DNA of 64,000 nucleotides, taken from positions 37,746-101,745 of the forward strand of contig MFDD01000002.1 of assembly GCA_001776775.1 (NCBI GenBank). Direction: 5' to 3'. Shown here piece by piece: positions 58,743 to 64,000 of this stretch (positions are counted from its first letter, which is position 1; every line of letters starts with the position of its first letter). Below the pieces are notes generated by a model. That model searched no databases. It had not been told where the DNA came from and saw only the letters and a list, made by a program, of their open reading frames with translations. The position numbers and the translations under genes were made by a program. The DNA is from Candidatus Daviesbacteria bacterium RIFCSPHIGHO2_02_FULL_43_12. Lineage in GTDB: Bacteria > Patescibacteriota > Microgenomatia > Daviesbacterales > UBA10151.

Positions 58743-59342
58743 TTATGAAAGTTTGAAACTGCCCTGGCGGAGTACCTGGATCTCGCCATTTTTTAAAGCT
58801 ATAACTGTTGATGAACCATTGGAGAGCTCTCCTTTATTAACGTAGAGATCAATTCTATCTCCAAAGTATTCTGCTGCCTCATCTATAGACTCTGCACTTT
58901 TACCCCCCGCTAAGTTAACGCTTGTTGAGACTAGCGGACCAGATTGGCACAGGATATTTTGTAAAAATTCATCCTTGGGAATTCGAAAAGCAAGAGACTC
59001 CTTACCTCGATGAAGATATTTAAACTGTGGATTAGGACAGGATAAAACAACACTGACAGGATTGGGCCATACTTTCCCTAGAATAGCTTTATTTTTTTCG
59101 TCCAAAAATATACCGAACTGATCTAAGTCTAGCAAACTAGAGATAAGAATAATCATCGGCTTGTCACCTTCCCTATTTTTGAGTCGGTAAATTCGTTCGA
59201 TTGTTTCCGGGAACTTAGCTGACCCATGCAGACCGTAGATAGTATCCGTGGGCAAAACCCCGACCCCTCCGGAAACCAAGAGCTGACAGATCTGGCCAAT
59301 CTCTTTTTTGGTTAATATATTAAACTCAAAAACAACGCTCAT
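58743..59342 (-). CDS. tsaC: L-threonylcarbamoyladenylate synthase (TsaC/YrdC family)
   Basis: YrdC-domain motifs LPTDTIYGL and the size fit. Confidence 0.75.
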   Translation of the reverse strand: MSVVFEFNILTKKEIGQICQLLVSGGVGVLPTDTIYGLHGSAKFPETIERIYRLKNREGDKPMIILISSLLDLDQFGIFLDEKNKAILGKVWPNPVSVVLSCPNPQFKYLHRGKESLAFRIPKDEFLQNILCQSGPLVSTSVNLAGGKSAESIDEAAEYFGDRIDLYVNKGELSNGSSTVIALKNGEIQVLRQGSFKLS

Positions 59343-59357
59343 AACAAAAATCAGAGT

Positions 59358-60812
59358 TTATACTTCCCGAACCAAACCCTTATTAATTTCAATAACTCTA
59401 TTGATACCTATTTCATCAAGAAAAAATCTGTCATGAGAGACTACTATGAGCCCTCCCTTATAGCCAGTCAGAGCATCCTCTAGCACTTCCCTGCTATTAA
59501 TATCTAAATGATTGGTTGGTTCATCCAAAATAAGGAATTGGTTATCTTGGTGAGTTAAGATGGCAAAAGCTAGCTTCACTTTCTCTCCTTGGGAAATCTC
59601 ACTAATTCGGCTAAATACATGATTGCCTTTGAAGAGAAAACCTCCCAAAACACCTCTTGCTGCTTGCTCTCCATCTATCAAGGTTCTTTTCATGAAGGTA
59701 TCTAAAACAGTAGCTTTGTCATCGAATAATTCATGCTCTTGAGCAAAGTAACCCAATCTCACATCTTTACCTAATTCCACGGATCCCTCGTATTCTTTAA
59801 TTATCCCCACCAAGATCTTTATCAGGGTTGACTTTCCGGCCCCGTTTGAACCTTTTAAATGAATTCTATCTTCTCCGGAAATAAGTAGTTTCTCGCATTT
59901 AAAAAGATTTTTAAATTGTAATTTTTGAATATAAAATATAAATTTTCTTCCATTAGTCTGATCGCCAAAACTAGATATCTTGATCTGATCCTCTTTCTGA
60001 TACTTACCCATAGCCACATTGGTAATCTCTCTTTGATAACGGGTTTTCATCGCTTGCAACTGTTTACCTACCTTTGGATCCGGGTGCCCAGATAGATACT
60101 GTTTTCTGAGAGAAATCCATTGCTCCATTTGTTTTCGCTTCTTTTCAAAAAGAATATATTCTTCTTGATGTTTTTTTACATGCAGCTGCTTTTGAGTAAA
60201 GTAATCTGAATAGCCACCCTTGTACTCATAGATCCTATGATCCATTGGGTTTAGCTCAAAAATCCAGTCTACTGTATTATCTAGAAATGTTCGATCATGA
60301 GAAACTAGAAGTATAGAACCCTTGAAACTTTTAATAAAACCCTCCAGCCAATTTAGCGTTTCTGTATCAAGGTTATTGGTTGGTTCATCCAAAAGCATAA
60401 CCGATGGCTCTTCCAGTAGAACCCTAGCAATTCCTAGCTTAGTCTTCTGCCCTCCAGATAGTGTAGAAACTAATTGAGACTTTATGATATTGCCCAAGCT
60501 AACCCTGGAAAGCACATAATCTATTTTATATAGCTCCCAGTCATCTTTTAGCTCTTTCCGTAAAAAAGACTCTACCGTTGCATCCTCTGAAAAACTGATT
60601 ACTTGAGGTAAATATCCCACTATTTCATTAACTATACTAACGGATCCTTTGTCTGGCTCTTCAGCCCCCCTAATAATTTTAAAGATTGTACTTTTTCCTA
60701 AACCGTTAGGACCTATCAGGCCCACTTTTTGTTTTTCAGACACCACGAAAGATACACCATCCAAAATCACTTTATCTCCATATATTTTCTTCAGATTTTG
60801 AAGCTGAATCAT
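59358..60812 (-). CDS. ABC-F family ATPase (two ABC domains, no TMD)
   Basis: Two Walker A sites (GPNGLGKST, GSNGAGKST) with two signature/Walker B sets. Confidence 0.8.
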   Translation of the reverse strand: MIQLQNLKKIYGDKVILDGVSFVVSEKQKVGLIGPNGLGKSTIFKIIRGAEEPDKGSVSIVNEIVGYLPQVISFSEDATVESFLRKELKDDWELYKIDYVLSRVSLGNIIKSQLVSTLSGGQKTKLGIARVLLEEPSVMLLDEPTNNLDTETLNWLEGFIKSFKGSILLVSHDRTFLDNTVDWIFELNPMDHRIYEYKGGYSDYFTQKQLHVKKHQEEYILFEKKRKQMEQWISLRKQYLSGHPDPKVGKQLQAMKTRYQREITNVAMGKYQKEDQIKISSFGDQTNGRKFIFYIQKLQFKNLFKCEKLLISGEDRIHLKGSNGAGKSTLIKILVGIIKEYEGSVELGKDVRLGYFAQEHELFDDKATVLDTFMKRTLIDGEQAARGVLGGFLFKGNHVFSRISEISQGEKVKLAFAILTHQDNQFLILDEPTNHLDINSREVLEDALTGYKGGLIVVSHDRFFLDEIGINRVIEINKGLVREV

Positions 60813-60853
60813 AATTTCTCTTTAAATTTAGAAAAGTATACTAGAAAAAGGGC

Positions 60854-62539
60854 TTATTGGTGAGCAACTCTTCCATCAGGCATATTGATGACCTTGGATA
60901 CTTTTAGCTGATCTACAAATTCAGAGTTATGCGAGATAATCATCAGTGTTCCTGTGTAGCCCCTAAGCGACTCTACAAATCTCCTAATCAATTCTGTACT
61001 CAAATTATTCGCTGGCTCGTCCAGTAGCATAAAGTTGGGCCGACGGAGCATCATTTTAGCCAAAGCCAGCTGTGTATGCTCTCCTTTACTCAACTCTTCA
61101 ATTCCTTTTCTTTGAATTTCCGTTGCGTCAAAACCCCAGAAAGACAAAACCGACCTAAGTTTTCCTTCATTAGGAGTTTGCATAGCAGCCCGAGCCTCTT
61201 CAAATACCCTACCTGAACCGCTAACCCCTTCCCTGTCCGGTGCATAGTAGCTAGTCACTAAACTTTGACCGAGAACAATTGATCCAGCATCAGGAGGAAA
61301 AGAACCAAAGCCTGCTACAGCGGCGATCATCCGCATAAGGGTACTTTTTCCAGATCCATTTTTTCCCGCAATTAAAGTTGTTTCACCCCTTCTTAGCTCG
61401 AATTTCCAATCAGGTAGATCGATCGCAACCCTGCCTCGGTAAGACTTTTGGATTCCATGAATGGCAAGAACGTCTTCTCCGCTTCTTCTAAGAATTTCAA
61501 ACTGCTGCGGTGTATACCGATCACTTCTTTTAGGAGTGTCGACACTGGGTAGCTGGGCCAACTCTTTCCTAGCTTGCTCTATTCGAGTTTCTATTGTGCC
61601 GACCCGTCGAGCCACTACACCACTCCGTCTAACATAGCCTTTAGCCTTAAAATCTTGAACTGATTCCTCTAGTTTGGCAATGTCTTGTTGTCTACTTCTT
61701 GCTGCAACTTCTTCCGCAGCAAGTGTCTGATCTCTTTTCTCTACAAACTCGTTATAACTACCTGAAAATGAAAAAACTCGACCTGTTTGAGTAATCTCTA
61801 CAACCTTACTGGCAAATCTATCAATAAATGCTGAATCTGTTGTTACCACCAAGGCAGCATTGGCTGGAGATCTTAGCGCATCAGAAAACCACCTTACAGA
61901 TTCTTTATCCAAGTGACTGGTAGGGTCGTCCAGTATTAATAGATCAGGCCTAGCAAAGAGAGCCTGTCCGATCAATAATCTGGTATGCTGGCCACTGCTA
62001 ACTTCATTTACTTTAGTACCCAGGTTAATATGCCCACCCGTTCTGGCATCAAATCTTAATCCAGCGAGTATCTCAGCTGCTTCAGATTCAGCTCTATACC
62101 CACCTCTCGCCTCATATTGATCCACAGCCTCTTGATATTGAGCTAAAAGTTTGAGGTTATCACTATCTCCTACGGCCAGATTCCGTTCTAGCTCTGCCTT
62201 TCTTCGCTCTAGTTGATCTAGACCTCGAGCACGCATAAATAACTCTCCGACTGTGGCACCCTCAGCAACATTTAATTCTCCTATATGCTGAGGGACATAG
62301 CTAGTTCTTATATTTTTAGGAACCTCTACAGTACCCGCTTCTGGTTGCAGCTTACCTGAAATAATCTTTAAAAGCACGCTTTTGCCAGTACCACTCGACC
62401 CTGTTAGGGCCACACTCTCTCTTTCCCTCACATTAAAAGAACAACCCTTAAAAAGGCGTCTCTCCGGTGAGCTAAAGCTAACATTATCGGCATTAACTAA
62501 AACCCTCCCTAGTTGTGGCTTTGTTGTTGTTCTCTCCAT
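60854..62539 (-). CDS. ABC-F family ATPase (second paralog)
   Basis: Two ABC domains (GSSGTGKS, GKNGSGKST) and an inter-domain linker. Confidence 0.8.
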   Translation of the reverse strand: MERTTTKPQLGRVLVNADNVSFSSPERRLFKGCSFNVRERESVALTGSSGTGKSVLLKIISGKLQPEAGTVEVPKNIRTSYVPQHIGELNVAEGATVGELFMRARGLDQLERRKAELERNLAVGDSDNLKLLAQYQEAVDQYEARGGYRAESEAAEILAGLRFDARTGGHINLGTKVNEVSSGQHTRLLIGQALFARPDLLILDDPTSHLDKESVRWFSDALRSPANAALVVTTDSAFIDRFASKVVEITQTGRVFSFSGSYNEFVEKRDQTLAAEEVAARSRQQDIAKLEESVQDFKAKGYVRRSGVVARRVGTIETRIEQARKELAQLPSVDTPKRSDRYTPQQFEILRRSGEDVLAIHGIQKSYRGRVAIDLPDWKFELRRGETTLIAGKNGSGKSTLMRMIAAVAGFGSFPPDAGSIVLGQSLVTSYYAPDREGVSGSGRVFEEARAAMQTPNEGKLRSVLSFWGFDATEIQRKGIEELSKGEHTQLALAKMMLRRPNFMLLDEPANNLSTELIRRFVESLRGYTGTLMIISHNSEFVDQLKVSKVINMPDGRVAHQ

Positions 62540-62625
62540 AATTTACCCCATGATTAATCCATCAGGTCCTAAAGTATTTAATTAAATTGTAGCAATACAT
62601 TTTATGAAATATGTAATAAATTTGC

Positions 62626-63948
62626 TCATAGAGTGATTAGGAATCCCTTTATCACCCCTTCGTCTCTATTTTTTAAACTCTCCATGAATGAAGCAACGGG
62701 ATATAACATTGTATCCTTTTGCGAGCCATTTTCTACAAACCTCTTAACATAGAAATACTTTTCATCTTTAAATTGTACTTTCAGAAAACTGTTGAATAGT
62801 TTAGGAGTATTGTTAAACATCAGGTCGGTATTAAAAAATAGCTTCGAAATTTTCAAAAACCGACCGTATGTCTTTATTGAATCAAGAAGCAGGGTTAGTC
62901 TTTTGTGGTTTCTCATTAAGCGATCCGATCCATCTATACAATCAATTAATAGCAATTGATCACCTACGGTGTCTTTAAGTAGGAAGAGTCTAATGCGTCC
63001 TATTCGTAAATTGTTGTTATAGATATCTAAGTTGTTATTATTGATATCTGCTAAATAAACTGGGGCATATAGATCCGCAGATTTTCCTATGCTTGTACAG
63101 GCATACAGCTCATCTGATCTTGCATAATCATTCCAAGGATTTCTATCCCATGTCTTAATAAATAGGTCACTTTTACTATATCTGTCTATAAAGGTGTTTT
63201 GTGATCTTTTCAAGTAATTTTTAAGATCATCTAAATATCCAGAGATCTCCTTGCTCAAACATATTTTCTTTAGGTATTCAATTAATTTTACTAAATCTCC
63301 TGTTTCATGAGACTGTTTAATTCTTTCAATCAGGCTTCTTTGTTCATTGTATATTTTTTTTGTATTATGCTTGAAATAAGAACTTGGTAATAGGATTTTT
63401 TTTATCTCCTCATAAATAAAATTATTATCGACTTGTTTACCCGCGTAACACCATGCTTTAAACCAATTATTTCCGGTAGCATTATTTATATTCTTTATTT
63501 TACGAGTAATCTTTTGATTACTTAAAAGGGTTTTCTTGAAGTCAGACTCCTCTAACTGTTGCAGTATGTTTTGCTTGTGAAACTTTGGATATTTACTCCA
63601 CGATTGTAAAATTGCTAAAAAATACGGATCATTTAATAGTTCAGGGTGAGTATTAATTGCCTTATAATTTTCTGATTTAAGAATATAAAGTTTCAAAGCA
63701 ACAGGCGATTTTTTGAGAGGTTTTATATATTTGCCAGCCTTAACTATTTCAGGAATATTTAATACAAGTTGGAGGTATTCCTTTGAAACATTATTAAATT
63801 TAGCAAATTTCTTTAAAAGCATCTTTAAGGAGAAGTATTTTAAAATAGACGAAATGTTATCTACAAAAATGATAGAGATATCATTGCCATACTGAGATTG
63901 CACTTCCGTGCAAATGTCGAAAAACTGGCCTAAATCTTTTTCCTGCAC
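62626..63948 (-). CDS. Hypothetical protein, AT-rich orphan
   Basis: 440-aa ORF with visibly lower GC than its flanks, K/N/I-rich. No recognised motif. Confidence 0.4.
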   Translation of the reverse strand: MQEKDLGQFFDICTEVQSQYGNDISIIFVDNISSILKYFSLKMLLKKFAKFNNVSKEYLQLVLNIPEIVKAGKYIKPLKKSPVALKLYILKSENYKAINTHPELLNDPYFLAILQSWSKYPKFHKQNILQQLEESDFKKTLLSNQKITRKIKNINNATGNNWFKAWCYAGKQVDNNFIYEEIKKILLPSSYFKHNTKKIYNEQRSLIERIKQSHETGDLVKLIEYLKKICLSKEISGYLDDLKNYLKRSQNTFIDRYSKSDLFIKTWDRNPWNDYARSDELYACTSIGKSADLYAPVYLADINNNNLDIYNNNLRIGRIRLFLLKDTVGDQLLLIDCIDGSDRLMRNHKRLTLLLDSIKTYGRFLKISKLFFNTDLMFNNTPKLFNSFLKVQFKDEKYFYVKRFVENGSQKDTMLYPVASFMESLKNRDEGVIKGFLITL

Positions 63949-64000
63949 AGCCGAGGTAACGGTTACTACACGTCTTAAAATATGTAGAGAAAGAATATTT

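Overview
This 64-kb window is a gene-dense bacterial chromosome segment of about 42% GC with no rRNA and no CRISPR array. Weak Shine-Dalgarno sites, frequent GTG/TTG starts and the gene content (many small secreted or membrane proteins of unknown function, minimal metabolism) suggest a small-genome, possibly CPR/Patescibacteria-like organism; that is inference only.

Recognisable housekeeping genes:
- Central metabolism: pyruvate kinase, glucose-6-phosphate dehydrogenase (zwf) and 6-phosphogluconate dehydrogenase (gnd).
- A complete SOS/NER set: lexA, uvrA, uvrB, uvrC and a Y-family polymerase (dinB).
- Cell wall: PBP1A, a D-Ala-D-Ala carboxypeptidase, undecaprenyl diphosphate synthase and a GH18-like/GH19-like hydrolase fusion.
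- Translation and RNA modification: TypA/BipA, TsaC/YrdC, RsmI and two adjacent ABC-F ATPases.
- Others: SecG, DedA, a thermonuclease and four tRNAs (Arg-TCT, His-GTG, Arg-TCG, Lys-CTT).

Likely accessory content:
- A type II restriction-modification pair (putative PD-(D/E)xK endonuclease plus a beta-class N4/N6 methyltransferase) sits at 840-2680 next to a 5'-truncated inositol-monophosphatase pseudogene.
- A three-gene minus-strand module ends in a retropepsin-like aspartyl protease.
- A segment between two tRNAs encodes a Tat-signal HExxH protein and a regulator with two winged-helix domains.
- Several compositionally atypical orphan genes are present.

The most notable non-coding signals:
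- A 54-bp element (51/54 identical, with an embedded perfect inverted repeat) lies upstream of both the uvrA operon and lexA, and is a candidate SOS operator for this lineage.
- A second repeated palindromic element of the GATTCATGAATC family occurs at the dinB 5' end and again between zwf and gnd.
- A (GTTACAG)x4 heptanucleotide repeat sits inside the 5' coding region of a secreted glycoside hydrolase.
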